DNA of 64,000 nucleotides from contig OZ024750.1 of NCBI GenBank assembly GCA_964016885.1, positions 40,238,001-40,302,000 on the forward strand, written 5' to 3'. The position numbers and the translations under genes were made by a program. Within the stretch, counting starts at the first letter, position 1. The number at the start of each line of letters is the position of its first letter. Shown here in pieces: positions 14,981-27,207 of the stretch. A model generated the notes under the pieces. The model was not told the origin of the DNA. It searched no databases and saw nothing but the letters and a program-made list of their open reading frames with translations. The DNA comes from Eledone cirrhosa (Eukaryota).

Positions 14981-16395
14981 TCATATATTAAAGAATTAAT
15001 CAGACAAATAATTATCTGATGGGTCTGGGAAAAGGCATCAGTTTGTACTGACAAGACACACAAATAGATAATACTGACAGAATCAGGGTATTACTGTTTA
15101 AAGGTCTTTGACCTACACCCCCACCATATTACCCCTCCTCAGCTGACCTCCACCTCACTATACACCACACCACCACCACACACCACCATACACTACCCCA
15201 CCAATCCCCACACGTCACCCACACCCTCCTCGTCAGCTGACCTCCACCTCACCACACCACCCCACCATACACTACCACCATACACTACCCCCACCAATCC
15301 CCACACTCCACCCCTCGCCAGCTGACCCCCCCCTATTTCTCCCTCCCACCATACACTACCCCACCCACACCACCCCTCGTCAGCTGACCTCCACCTCACT
15401 ATACACCCATCACCTGACCATCCACCACCCACACCCACCCCATCTACACCCCAACCCACCACCACCACTACCCCCATCCACCTTTTATCAGTTGACCCGG
15501 GGTAAAATACAGTCTTTGAGCATCTTTCATTTATTTTTTACACATTTCCAAATCCTGTCATTAATATACCCCCCCTCTCTTTCTCTCTCTACCCCCCTCT
15601 CTCTCTCACTACCTCCCTCCTTCTCTCTCTCTCTCTCTCTCTCTCGCTGTCTTCTCCCACACTATCTCTCTCCCTCTCTCTCTACCTCCCCCTCTCTCTA
15701 CCTGTATGTCTTCTCCCCCACCTCTCCTCTCCTCTCCTATCTCCCTCTGCGTTCCCCCTATTTCTCTCTCTATGCCCTTCTTTCTACTCACTCCCTCTGC
15801 CCCCCTCTCCCTCAGCAACCCCCTCTGCCCTCCCTCTCTCTATCTCTATCTCTATCTCATTTGTCCTTTCTCTGTCCCCATTATTTATATTCGTGTCTCA
15901 GTTTTTATGTCCTTTCCCTAAAAAGCTAAGACCTCTTTAATTCCTGTTTGGTTGTAAAAGTAAACATTATAGCCCAGGAAAATACCTGAGGGAGGGGACA
16001 AGGGGTGGGGAACTGTTCACCATTATAATTGGCAGGACTGGCGCTACCATTAAAGCCAAATAGGCAAGCCATGTTAATGTGTAGATAGAAACTGTTTGGA
16101 AGTTCGTCAGGTGGACTTTACCTGTAATTCCAAGGATCAACTTTGTCACACACCGAGTCACGTCGAATCTCCCTGAGAACTATGGTGTGTCTGCGGTATA
16201 CCCAGTCACTTTCATCTTTCCGCAACACATGACCTAACCATCTCATTCCATTTCTCTTCACATCAATCATCACTAGCTCTCTCTCTCTCTCTGTATATAT
16301 GTATATATATATATATATATATATGTATATAAGGAAAAAAGATGAAATCGAAAATGCAACTGGAGTCTTTTTTTTTTAAATATATTTATTTGGTT

Positions 16396-16433
16396 CCTTT
16401 ACCGGTTTCGCAGTTCTTCTGCTTTTCAAAAGT
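16396..16433 (-). ncRNA. Minimal hammerhead, U3:A8 variant (second copy about 47908-47945, minus strand)
   Basis: Minus strand: ctt-TTGAAAA-gcag aagaa ctgc-GAAA-ccgg-TA-aag; located in the loop of a fold-back element at 16328-16520. Confidence 0.55.
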
Positions 16434-16606
16434 AGAGTTGAGATGGGGGGTCTGTGGTTTTTCTCACATCTTTAAAAAAAGACTACAGTTGCATTTTCGA
16501 TTTCATCTTTTTTCCTTATACTTTCACTCATGTAGGACACCTCGGTTATTTTTCATTTTGTAAAAAAAAACTCACTTTCTTATATATATATATATATGTA
16601 TGTATG

Positions 16607-16701
<95 letters not shown>

Positions 16702-16815
16702 CTGAATATTAATAAATGAAGACATTCACATATTCAAAATATATGTTTTATTATATATATTTCGAAGGTACTGTGCTGTTTTTTCAGTACGTCCTCGTAT
16801 GTCATACACCAATTC

Positions 16816-16891
16816 ATGTATTTTATCTGACGAGGACGAGAGGGTACTGAAAAAACAACACAGTACCTTCGAAATATATATAATAAAACAT
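16816..16891 (+). ncRNA. Hammerhead ribozyme (H1-related)
   Basis: atgtattttat-CTGACGA-ggacgagagggtactg...cagtaccttc-GAAA-tatata-TA-ataaaacat; within fold-back 16695-16941. Confidence 0.72.
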
Positions 16892-17031
16892 ATATTTTGA
16901 TTATGTGAATGTCTTCATTTATTAATATTCTGAATAATATTAATAACTCCAGAAAACCTTTTTGTAGAGTGCTTTTAATCTATTGTAAAACTATATTCAT
17001 TGAGTAATCAATAAAACATATTAATCTTTGG

Positions 17032-17089
<58 letters not shown>

Positions 17090-17171
17090 GTTATTCCGGG
17101 TTGAATCGGAGGTAACCACAGTAAGTAAGGTACTCAATACATTGCAGAGTATAAAAGTTTTAATATAGATG

Positions 17172-17222
17172 AGATTCTATAGGACTAGAACTGTTTCATT
17201 CTTTAGAAATCATCAGGAATCT
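17172..17222 (-). ncRNA. Hammerhead ribozyme (family H7)
   Basis: Minus strand: agattc-CTGATGA-tttctaaagaat-GAAA-cagttctagtccta-TA-gaatct. An inverted partial copy starts at 17223 exactly at CTGATGA. Confidence 0.7.
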
Positions 17223-17279
17223 CTGATGATTTCTAAAGAATGAAACAGTTCTAATCCTGTAGAATCTCATCTATATTAA

Positions 17280-17323
<44 letters not shown>

Positions 17324-17910
17324 TGTTGTTTTAACCTGATTAGTTCTTTCGTTGTTTTGGTATTGTATGGTTGGGTTTCGCCTACCGCAATTTTCAATTT
17401 GTCAAGCTATCTAAACGTAATGTTATTACCCTAAGGACCTACCCTTATTGAGTGCTTTGCTACTCATTCCTAATTCTAGGTCGACTTTGCTTGGCCACAA
17501 CCAAAGCTTCGATTTTACTAAGCTTCCACTTGTATATATATATATATATATACAAGTGGAAGCTTAGTAAAATCGAAGCTTTTATATATATATATATATA
17601 GTATTAATTATACTATCTATGGTTATGGAAATACAAAAACCTTTTGCAGTTATATATATTTTCATAAACCCTAAATAGTGGTAGGCAGTAATATATTACT
17701 ACCTTATTACCAGTAAGTTAAATAGCTCAATGTAATAACAGCAGGTGATTTACAGAGCAGTTATATGAATTATAAGAATCAAAGAACTGTTCAAAACATT
17801 TTTATGCTTACAACTGTTTCCTCCAAACCGAGGTTTGATTTCTTCGGAGTAATTTATTATTGAATGAACACTTATAGGATCTCCTTTTCACCCAAGAGAC
17901 ATACTTATAA

Positions 17911-18867
<957 letters not shown>

Positions 18868-19519
18868 CATACATATATAATTAGACAATAAATTATATAA
18901 ATTACACCATCGATTATCGATTGTGGTACCTTGGGAAAATCAGCCTAAGAACAACTTCGAACAGAAGTCCATATGCTGAGTTAGAAACAACTGTAAGCTA
19001 TCCACCTTGCTGAGATTCATAGTCCTCTATCCACCTTACTATTCATAGATTCGAGTAACAGAAACCGATTAGTAATATATAACCTGTTAGTTTTTTAGCT
19101 TTTTCGTTGCTTTGGTATTGTGTGTTGGGTTTTGCCTACCACAATGTTCAATTTGTCAAGCTATTTAAACGTACGTTGTTACTCTAAGGACCATACCCTT
19201 ATTGAGTGCTTTGCTAACTCATTCATATTGCAGGTCGACTTTTACTTGCTCACAGCCAAAGCTTCGATTTTACTAAGCTTCCACATGTATATATATGTAT
19301 GTATATATATATATATATATATATATAAGAACAAAAGATGGTTAAAAGAGTCCCACGTATTTTATTATGCGCATTTCAAAAACAAACATCATCATGCAAT
19401 AATATTTGTGTTTTCATCAGATAAAATAGGAAGACATGATATGAAGGTTAAAAAACACTTGTGGATAGTGCAGTTTTAAATCAACATATATGTTTTTTAA
19501 CCTTCATATCATGTCTTCC

Positions 19520-19590
19520 TATTTTATCTGATGAAAACACAAATATTATTGCATGATGATGTTTGTTTTTGAAATGCGCATAATAAAATA
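19520..19590 (+). ncRNA. Hammerhead ribozyme (family H5), paired with inverted copy 19358-19428
   Basis: tattttat-CTGATGA-aaacac...gttttt-GAAA-tgcgca-TA-ataaaata. Confidence 0.78.
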
Positions 19591-20064
19591 CATGGAACTC
19601 TTTTAACCATCTTTTGTTCTTATATATTATGTATACTCCAGTCCTACAAACTGTAGAGTGCTTCTTATCCGATATCTGCATTGCTTTATTGTACTACAAT
19701 AAAACTCACCTCCTACATTATATATATATATATATATATATGGGGGGGGGGGGGGGGGTAACAAGTTATCGTTTTAGGTAATCCAGTTAGAGGTTGTGAG
19801 TACTCTGTACTATGAATAGTTTTAACGTACGGCGTTGTTTGACTCAACAAGAGGTTTCCTTAGTTAGGTAGCGAGTTCGCGAGAATTCCTATGCAGGTCA
19901 TTCTTGGAGTAATAGTAGTGAAAGAGTGAAGAATAACATGGTCGGCTGTACAAAAGGGTTTTATTTACAGTAGTAACAATTGTTTCATTGATCAGGTGAG
20001 TCTAAAGCCCACTGACCACTCGAAGTTGCGTCACTCGACCTTAAATGTTTCTAATCAAATCATC

Positions 20065-20122
<58 letters not shown>

Positions 20123-20359
20123 CGATATTAACAAATGGAAACTATATTTATAAAACCATATCTATTTTATTATACATATTTCAAGGATACCATGTTAAAT
20201 TATGGTATGCTTTCATCAGACAAAATACAATATATACCAGTTTTATAAATAAATATTGACATACCCTTACAAAATGCAACCATTACTGTTGGAAGACTCC
20301 GGGTATGTCAATATTTGTAAGGGTATGTCAATATTTATTTATAAAACTGGTATATATTG

Positions 20360-20423
20360 TATTTTGTCTGATGAAAGCATACCATAATTTAACATGGTAT
20401 CCTTGAAAATGTATAATAAAATA
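20360..20423 (+). ncRNA. Hammerhead ribozyme (family H1), paired with inverted copy 20163-20227
   Basis: tattttgt-CTGATGA-aagcatacca...tggtatcctt-GAAA-atgta-TA-ataaaata. Confidence 0.7.
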
Positions 20424-20798
20424 GATATGGTTTTATAAATATAGTTTCCATTTGTTAATATCGTATGTTTACTCCAAATACTTGTTGAGTGCTTTATATC
20501 AGTTATAAAAATATTTGCTTGTTGTATCCCAACAATTTAAATAGAACTTTTGCATATATATTTATATATATATATTTATTAAAACAACAGATTAAAGTTT
20601 AAGCAAAGAATCGCTGCTTTCACCCTTAACGGGATCTTCTGAAACTCGCTCTTCAGAAGATCCCGTTAAGGGTGAAAGCAGCGATTCTTTGCTTAAACTT
20701 TAATCTGTTATTTTAATAAATATTTGCTTTACGGTTCTTATATATTTGATATATATTTATCCTTATCGAGCCCTCTTTGGATTTTAGTCTTCAAATTT

Positions 20799-20809
20799 AT
20801 TATTATTAC

Positions 20810-20840
<31 letters not shown>
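20799..20840 (+). repeat. (ATT)3 ACT (ATT)10 microsatellite; left flank and candidate TSD of LINE A1
   Basis: 20802-20840 is identical to 26870-26908, including the ACT interruption. Confidence 0.9.
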
Positions 20841-21139
20841 GAATGCCATGGTTGACGGAGGCTCGGCTCTGTAAGGTATAGTAATTTTTAACCGTTAAAA
20901 CAATTGTAAATTGTTTAAAACTTGAACCAAATTGTTGATAAAGACACCCTCCTCCTCGTGAGAGGGGTCTTTCTGTCCGTTATTTGGCCCTTCGGGGTTA
21001 AATAACCAGTTATTGGGGTTTTGTACCCAAAATTTCATTTTAAACAAAAAACAACACGGCTACGAAAAATAAATTTCATACGTCACTCCCACTCATTCCG
21101 TCTTCTTCTTCCTCAATCATCACTACAGCAGAGAGAAGA

Positions 21140-23152
21140 TTGTCTCTCTCCCTCCCTTCTTTAAATGTGTCTCTCTCCCTCCCTTCTCTTTCGCAAGTGA
21201 CGAAAGAAAAGAAAAGTCTCGTGCAAAGCGTGCAAGGTTTCTCCACGACGACGACGACAGCGACGAAACAGGTGTGCGGGAAATACGAAAACCCAGTTCA
21301 TTCGTCTGACGTCAGGAATAATAGCAGTAGCAGCCGTAATAACAACAGCAACAGTGACAATGAAAACAACAGTAGCAGCCGCAACAGCATCACCAGCAGC
21401 ATAAACAACAACAGCATTAGCAGCAGCAACACCAACAACAACCACAGCAACAGCGGCGGAGGCAGTAGTCGTAGTACCTGCAGCAACAACAAAAGTACCA
21501 GCAGCTCTGACGACAACAACAACAGCAGAGAAAAACCAATCTCATTTGCAGGTATTGCGAAAAACCTGGAAACAATCCTCATAACAAATGAGGAATTAGA
21601 GGAAGCGAAGAAGATGGTGACAAAGAACGGACACCGAGCAATCTGCAAGGCAGCGAAAAATTTTTTCGAAACCCAAGAGCACTGTACGGTCACGTACCGT
21701 ACAGTAAGTACAAAATCCCGTAGGGTGGAAAGAGCCACAGAGGCCCAAATACAAAAAGCCTTGGGGTCTGTGTGGCAGAGGAAAACGCACATCACCCGAG
21801 GCAAAAAATACGCCACCGTAGACGTACTTTTTGCCACACCCCAGGAGGCAAAGGCCCAATCAGTAGTGACCCTAAGGAGCGAGGAAATGGTGTTGGTGCC
21901 CTCCTACTGCGGGCAAAAAATTGTGAGGGTCAAACTGACCCACGTCCCCCCCGGAATGACCCCTTCTTGGCTGGCCGCGTCTGTCCTCGTCGGAATCGAG
22001 GACAAAACAACTGTACTGCAAGTACAGAAAAAAGTAAGAGAAGATTGGGTCGGCTCCTCCATTGAGATGCTAATCCAAACCAACCAGGAGTGCATCGAAG
22101 CTATCCCGGATGTGATAGACTTCGATAACGGCACTCAACTGCCCATAAGTGTTGAGGGCAAACGCCCGAAATGCTTTCGCTGTGGATCGAAGACTCACCT
22201 CAGGGCCTTCTGCAACGAGAAGACCCTGAGAAAGGAGAAAACCCCCCTCCTCCCGAATCCGGTTCCACGGCTACCAGCAACAGGACAAGCGGCAACCAGG
22301 AACGATAGGTCCGTGGCACCCATACCCACTCCACGGAAATCAAAGACAGCAGCAGCAGTGGAAATATTAACAACAACAACAGCAATACCAAATGCAGCTG
22401 CAACAGAGACTCCAGTGCAAACATCACCAACAACAACAAGTGAAAGAGTGGAGCTGGTACCCCTCCCCGACCTTACAGAATCAGACATGGAGTGTGAGGT
22501 GGGAGAGGGATGGCAAAAGGTCTCAAGAAGGCACAAACGCAGAAGCAGCGCATCGTCGCCTTTGAAAAGGGAGGAAAGAAATGAGAAAAGGGTAAAGTCT
22601 ACTGCAAAGAGACCCACAGCAGCAACACCACCAACACCATCACCACCCACACCAGCACCACCATCACCACCGGCGACAACCCCACCGCCAACAACACCTT
22701 CAACACCACCACCACAAGCACCAACATCGCAAACACAACAACAAAACACACACACCCAGCAACAACGACAAGAAAATAGCAGAACCACACCCCACCCCCA
22801 GAAAAACAAATGCACGGCAATAAACACACACAACAAGAAACTAATGACTTACATAATTGAACACACAGACATTTCACAACAGGACTACATAATACCAGCA
22901 CCAATCAAAACGCCAACTAACATAAGACTGCTAAAAATAGCACAGAAACAATACACAAACATTAAAACGAAATTCCCCAACGCAGTTGGTGATTTCAGGG
23001 ACCTAGGAGGAACCATTAATCGAAGAGTATATTCAGACATTCTCTTAGAAGAGCCGACGACCAGCCGAAGGGACGATTCAACGGTCCCTTCACCAGACGA
23101 TCAAGTGAAAAGGGATGTAAAAACCATCCCTCCTCTACCAAAAATACGGTAA
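21140..23152 (+). CDS. LINE ORF1 (gag-like nucleic-acid-binding protein with CX2CX4HX4C knuckle); start codon uncertain
   Basis: Open frame of 670 codons with knuckle CFRCGSKTHLRAFC, an Asn/Ser-rich N-terminus and a Pro/Thr-rich linker. The track start is TTG and the first in-frame ATG is at 21614. Confidence 0.88.
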   Translation: MSLSLPSLNVSLSLPSLSQVTKEKKSLVQSVQGFSTTTTTATKQVCGKYENPVHSSDVRNNSSSSRNNNSNSDNENNSSSRNSITSSINNNSISSSNTNNNHSNSGGGSSRSTCSNNKSTSSSDDNNNSREKPISFAGIAKNLETILITNEELEEAKKMVTKNGHRAICKAAKNFFETQEHCTVTYRTVSTKSRRVERATEAQIQKALGSVWQRKTHITRGKKYATVDVLFATPQEAKAQSVVTLRSEEMVLVPSYCGQKIVRVKLTHVPPGMTPSWLAASVLVGIEDKTTVLQVQKKVREDWVGSSIEMLIQTNQECIEAIPDVIDFDNGTQLPISVEGKRPKCFRCGSKTHLRAFCNEKTLRKEKTPLLPNPVPRLPATGQAATRNDRSVAPIPTPRKSKTAAAVEILTTTTAIPNAAATETPVQTSPTTTSERVELVPLPDLTESDMECEVGEGWQKVSRRHKRRSSASSPLKREERNEKRVKSTAKRPTAATPPTPSPPTPAPPSPPATTPPPTTPSTPPPQAPTSQTQQQNTHTQQQRQENSRTTPHPQKNKCTAINTHNKKLMTYIIEHTDISQQDYIIPAPIKTPTNIRLLKIAQKQYTNIKTKFPNAVGDFRDLGGTINRRVYSDILLEEPTTSRRDDSTVPSPDDQVKRDVKTIPPLPKIR

Positions 23153-23187
23153 GTGGTCTTTCCCATCTTTTCCACTCTATTTTAAAC

Positions 23188-26100
23188 ATGACCTCACTCA
23201 GAATAGGCAGCATAAATGCGCGTGGCTTGGGGTCGTCATGGAAGCAGGGTCACCTGCTCAACGACCTCAGGTCACTAAACATAGATGTAGTGGCCATCAG
23301 CGAGACCAGAATCTCCGAAGCACGGGCCTTCGCACCGATCTTCGGCGGCTACGATGTGTACGCATCTCCCAGCCGTCCTGGATCCGGTGGAGGAGTTGCT
23401 GTACTTTTTCGGAGAGGTTTGGATCTCGCCATACGGGCCATCTTCCTGGACCCAGAGGGTAAGCTGGTGGTGCTGGACGTGACCAGCGGAGACGGGCAAG
23501 CTTTCAGGCTAGTGGCCGTCTATGCCCCGACAGGAGCAGGGCGGCCTGATTTCTTCCGGCGTCTGGAGACCTTTCTTGGAACGTCCCGCTCTTTAGTGTT
23601 AGTGGGCGACTGGAACGGGATCTTAGATGCACGCTGGGACTGTGTGGGATTAGCGGATAGGGGTGGAGGGTGCAAGAGCCTCACCAACCTGCTCAGGCGT
23701 TTTGAACTGTCTGACAGGTACCGATTGGATTTCCCGAATGTGCCAATGTGGACTTGGACAAACCGCATAGGGTCATCCAGATCATATCTAGATAGAGTAT
23801 TTTGTAGGGAAATAGATAGGTCTAGCATAGGCTGTCCACAATTCAAGATAGTCAGCTACACGGACCACAAATTCGTGACCTGTGTGCTTGACTTAGATAG
23901 GCTTCATAGACGAGGACCCGGCTACTGGAAGCTAAACGCGTCCTTACCAGCGCGCAAGGCCTACAGAGACCGGATTAGCGAACTAGTTAAGCGGGCGTTG
24001 ACGGGGGCCATCGTCAACAACAAGTGGTGGTTTGCTCTGAAAAGAGCGATTAGAATAGAATCGATTAGGTTTAGTAAGGCTTTAGCAATAGAGAAAAATA
24101 GAGCAGAGGGAGAACTAGTTAGAAAATTAGACGAGGCGCTTAGCAAAGGCATTGCGACCGACGTGCTTGCGGCGAAATTGGCCCTTGACCAATTCTTCAA
24201 TGCAAAGCACGAAGGCTGCGTTGTCAGAGCTAGGGTGCGTGCTCTCAGACACGAGGGGACGAAAGCCGTTCAATGGGCCCGAGTGGCGGAGGCGCGTCGT
24301 GGCAACAAAGCCACGATCCGGTCTTTGGTGGACCACGACGGGCGCATGCTACTCGATCCCGGGCAAATGTGTGAAGCTTTTCAGCGACACTTCGCTCAGC
24401 TGTTCGGGGGCAGCGGGGGGCCGGGTAGAGGGATGGACTTCAGTGTCTACCTCGACGGGCTGCCGCGGCTCTCGGCCACTGAGGCGAGGTGTTGCGAAAA
24501 GCCGATAACAGCCGCTGAAGTACGGGAGGCAATGACTGGCTGCACAAGGGGTAAATCGCCTGGTTTGGATGGTCTGCCCTATGAACTTTACGTACAGATG
24601 CCAGACTTGTTCGGAGGCCTCTTGGCGGACGTCTACTGCAACTGGCAACAGAACGGGAGAATTCCCAGTTCTGTGAGCCGAGGAGCGGTGGCACTGCTGA
24701 GAAAGGATCCGAACAAGGGGGATAACATAGACAATTTCCGGCCCATAACTCTGCTAAACACAGAGTTTAAGATTTTGGCCAAGGTGCTAGCAAAGAGGTT
24801 GGCGCTTGTCGTTGGTGGTCTGGTGGGAGAGGCGCAGACATGCGCCATTCCCGACAGATCCATCCACGACAACCTCCACCTCATGCGATACATCGTAGAG
24901 AGGGTAGCTAGGGAACCTGGCACGGGTGGGTCCTTGATCAATTTAGATCAGTCGAAAGCTTTCGATAGGGTCGACCATCGTTACCTAGCGGCAGTCCTGA
25001 GGGCGGCTGGCTTTGGGCCCGTCTTCAGAGGCTGGATCGCTGCCATGCACAGCGACATCTGCTCTGTGGTGAGAGTGAACGGTCACCTGTCGGAACCGTT
25101 CAACATCATGCGCTCGGTCCGCCAAGGATGTCCCCTCTCGTCCCTCTTGTACGTATTGACTCTCGAGCCATTACTGCACAAACTGGAGACGTTGAGGGGA
25201 GTCCCGCGCGAACTAGGATGCGGAAGATCCGTGTCAGCATATGCGGACGATGTCACCGTAGTGGTGTCGAACGCCAAACACATCGAGGCGATCGGCACTA
25301 CACTAAGAGAATACGAAGCGGTGACAGGAGCAATGATCAACCAGGAAAAGTCAGTGGGCCTGCAGCTCGGCACCTGGAGAGGCAGGTCCATGCCGTCCAA
25401 CAGCGTCGTCGGGCGCTGGACGGACGGACCGGTTAAATTGCTAGGGGTCTGGTTCGGTCCGGACCTCCAGACGGACAAAAACTGGGACGAGGTGACGAGC
25501 AAGGTGGCTTCTCTCACCCAGAAATGGGCGGAGAGGAAGCTATCCCTGAAAGGTCGAGCGGAGGTGGCTAACGCGTACATCGCGTCTGTCATCTGCTACC
25601 GCCTAACCGTCGTACCTTGTCCTAAGCCTCGCCTGACTGCGCTGGAGCGTTTGCTCTTTCGCTTTTTGTGGAAGGGACGCGCTCCGATGGTCAGGCGGTC
25701 CATCTGTTGTCAACACCCGCTACGTGGAGGGCTGGGCATGCCGTGGCTGATGATGCGCAGGCACGCGCTCAGGCTACGACATCTCCACCTCTTCCTCGAC
25801 GGTGATCAGGTGTGGTCGCCGTTTGCTAGACGCGTTTTTCCCCAGCTCGTTTCCTTGACGGAGCTGCAGTCCTGGGTCAAGCGAAGACCGAGAGGGAGCG
25901 CCTGGAGACTGGAATGTCTTCAGGCGCTCACAGCCCTCGACCAATCGGGCAATGTGATCGGTGGAAACTCCACCTCGGCGTTCTATAGAGGATTAGTGGA
26001 GGGGAAGAGCGACGACGTACTTGGGGAAACTCTAGGCGTCGACGAAAATCAACTAGCCAATCTCTTCGGAAGAACTTTCGGGCCAGGGCCTATGGACAAC

Positions 26101-26607
26101 TTCCAGAAATCTCTGGCCTGGCAGTGCTACCGAGGAGCCTTGCCAGTTCGGGATAAACTCTACAGGCATGGAGGTGCCGTCAGCCGGGCATGTCCGAGAT
26201 GCGCGCAGGGCGACGAAACCGTCCTGCACGCACTCGTCCAGTGTCCGAAAATTGCTGACTTGTGGGTTTATGTCGAACACCTGCTGTCGCGTTTAGGACG
26301 GATCCAGCTATCATCTGAGTCTATCGTGAGGATTGCCCCGCCCTCCTCCTTTAGCCGGGAAGGGCAGGCAGTTTTTATCTGTCTGGTGGCCATGGCGAAA
26401 GAGATAGTATGGTGGACACGTTTGAAAGGGCTGAAGACGAGCACTTACCTCTTCGGTGATGCTCTGATTGACTTTTTCAAATTTCATTTGAAAAGGAAAA
26501 TCAGAGTAGAGAAGGAAGTGCTCTCTTCCCAGCATTTTGTTGAAAGATGGGTGAGAGAAGCAAGAATGGCCCGAGTGAATGGGCCGACTCTGAGTATATA
26601 TCTGTAA
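23188..26607 (+). CDS. LINE ORF2: APE endonuclease, reverse transcriptase, C-terminal CCHC finger
   Basis: 1139 aa. APE motifs NARGL, ISET, GDWN, YLDRVF, TDHK; RT motifs KSPGLDG, NFRPITLLN, DQSKAFDRV, QGCPLS, YADD; C-terminal CPRC...HALVQC. The GPGYWKLN linker is typical of Tx1/L1. Confidence 0.97.
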   Translation: MTSLRIGSINARGLGSSWKQGHLLNDLRSLNIDVVAISETRISEARAFAPIFGGYDVYASPSRPGSGGGVAVLFRRGLDLAIRAIFLDPEGKLVVLDVTSGDGQAFRLVAVYAPTGAGRPDFFRRLETFLGTSRSLVLVGDWNGILDARWDCVGLADRGGGCKSLTNLLRRFELSDRYRLDFPNVPMWTWTNRIGSSRSYLDRVFCREIDRSSIGCPQFKIVSYTDHKFVTCVLDLDRLHRRGPGYWKLNASLPARKAYRDRISELVKRALTGAIVNNKWWFALKRAIRIESIRFSKALAIEKNRAEGELVRKLDEALSKGIATDVLAAKLALDQFFNAKHEGCVVRARVRALRHEGTKAVQWARVAEARRGNKATIRSLVDHDGRMLLDPGQMCEAFQRHFAQLFGGSGGPGRGMDFSVYLDGLPRLSATEARCCEKPITAAEVREAMTGCTRGKSPGLDGLPYELYVQMPDLFGGLLADVYCNWQQNGRIPSSVSRGAVALLRKDPNKGDNIDNFRPITLLNTEFKILAKVLAKRLALVVGGLVGEAQTCAIPDRSIHDNLHLMRYIVERVAREPGTGGSLINLDQSKAFDRVDHRYLAAVLRAAGFGPVFRGWIAAMHSDICSVVRVNGHLSEPFNIMRSVRQGCPLSSLLYVLTLEPLLHKLETLRGVPRELGCGRSVSAYADDVTVVVSNAKHIEAIGTTLREYEAVTGAMINQEKSVGLQLGTWRGRSMPSNSVVGRWTDGPVKLLGVWFGPDLQTDKNWDEVTSKVASLTQKWAERKLSLKGRAEVANAYIASVICYRLTVVPCPKPRLTALERLLFRFLWKGRAPMVRRSICCQHPLRGGLGMPWLMMRRHALRLRHLHLFLDGDQVWSPFARRVFPQLVSLTELQSWVKRRPRGSAWRLECLQALTALDQSGNVIGGNSTSAFYRGLVEGKSDDVLGETLGVDENQLANLFGRTFGPGPMDNFQKSLAWQCYRGALPVRDKLYRHGGAVSRACPRCAQGDETVLHALVQCPKIADLWVYVEHLLSRLGRIQLSSESIVRIAPPSSFSREGQAVFICLVAMAKEIVWWTRLKGLKTSTYLFGDALIDFFKFHLKRKIRVEKEVLSSQHFVERWVREARMARVNGPTLSIYL

Positions 26608-26869
26608 ACTAAAGGTGGAAAACTGGGAGAGGGCACTTGCCTTGGTGGTCAGGGTCATTGTGGCTTTTTACTGGGCTTTCTCCACAAATGTCCCTCCGAA
26701 GTCTCCCCCCTATTGGGGAATTTTTCATTGTTATTTTCATTGTTATTTTTGTTACATCCTCTGTTTTTGTTTTTTTACACGCAGAAATGCCCATTTGTAC
26801 CGTCCTGCATTGTCCTGCACTGTCCTTAATGTCTACTTTATGTAAACCCTTGTGGTTAATAAAGAAATC

Positions 26870-26877
26870 ATTATTAC

Positions 26878-26908
<31 letters not shown>
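26870..26908 (+). repeat. (ATT)2 ACT (ATT)10 spacer between LINE A1 and A2
   Basis: Direct reading; 39-bp exact duplicate of 20802-20840. Confidence 0.9.
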
Positions 26909-27207
26909 GAATGCCATGGTTGACGGAGGCTCGGCTCTGTAAGGTATAGTAATTTTTAACCGTTAAAACAATTGTAAATTGTTTAAAACTTGAACCAAAT
27001 TGTTGATAAAGACACCCTCCTCCTCGTGAGAGGGGTCTTTCTGTCCGTTATTTGGCCCTTCGGGGTTAAATAACCAGTTATTGGGGTTTTGTACCCAAAA
27101 TTTCATTTTAAACAAAAAACAACACGGCTACGAAAAATAAATTTCATACGTCACTCCCACTCATTCCGTCTTCTTCTTCCTCAATCATCACTACAGCAGA
27201 GAGAAGA

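Larger units (their letters stand above)
20841..26869 (+). mobile_element. Full-length Tx1/L1-clade non-LTR retrotransposon, copy A1 (intact ORF1 and ORF2)
   Basis: Starts gaatgccatgg directly after an (ATT)n tract and ends ...cccttgtggttaataaagaaatc before the next tract. It has two ORFs, a CCHC-knuckle ORF1 and an APE-RT-CCHC ORF2, and is near-identical to 26909-32945. Confidence 0.95.

Noticed and set aside
20573-20722. Hammerhead-like CAGAAGA-tcccgttaagggt-GAAA inside a 70-bp-arm palindrome
   Set aside because: The palindrome is real, but the core is altered and no stem III or NUH can be drawn, so it is not counted as a ribozyme.
20948-20968. tcctcgt motif suggesting an HDV-like ribozyme loop L3 in the LINE 5' UTR
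   Set aside because: I could not build the nested double pseudoknot; a simple hairpin explains the pairing.
22195-22836. Antisense ORF within LINE ORF1 (also 28270-28911 and 62609-63184)
   Set aside because: Explained by the A/C-rich low-complexity sense strand, which yields few antisense stops; no recognisable domain.
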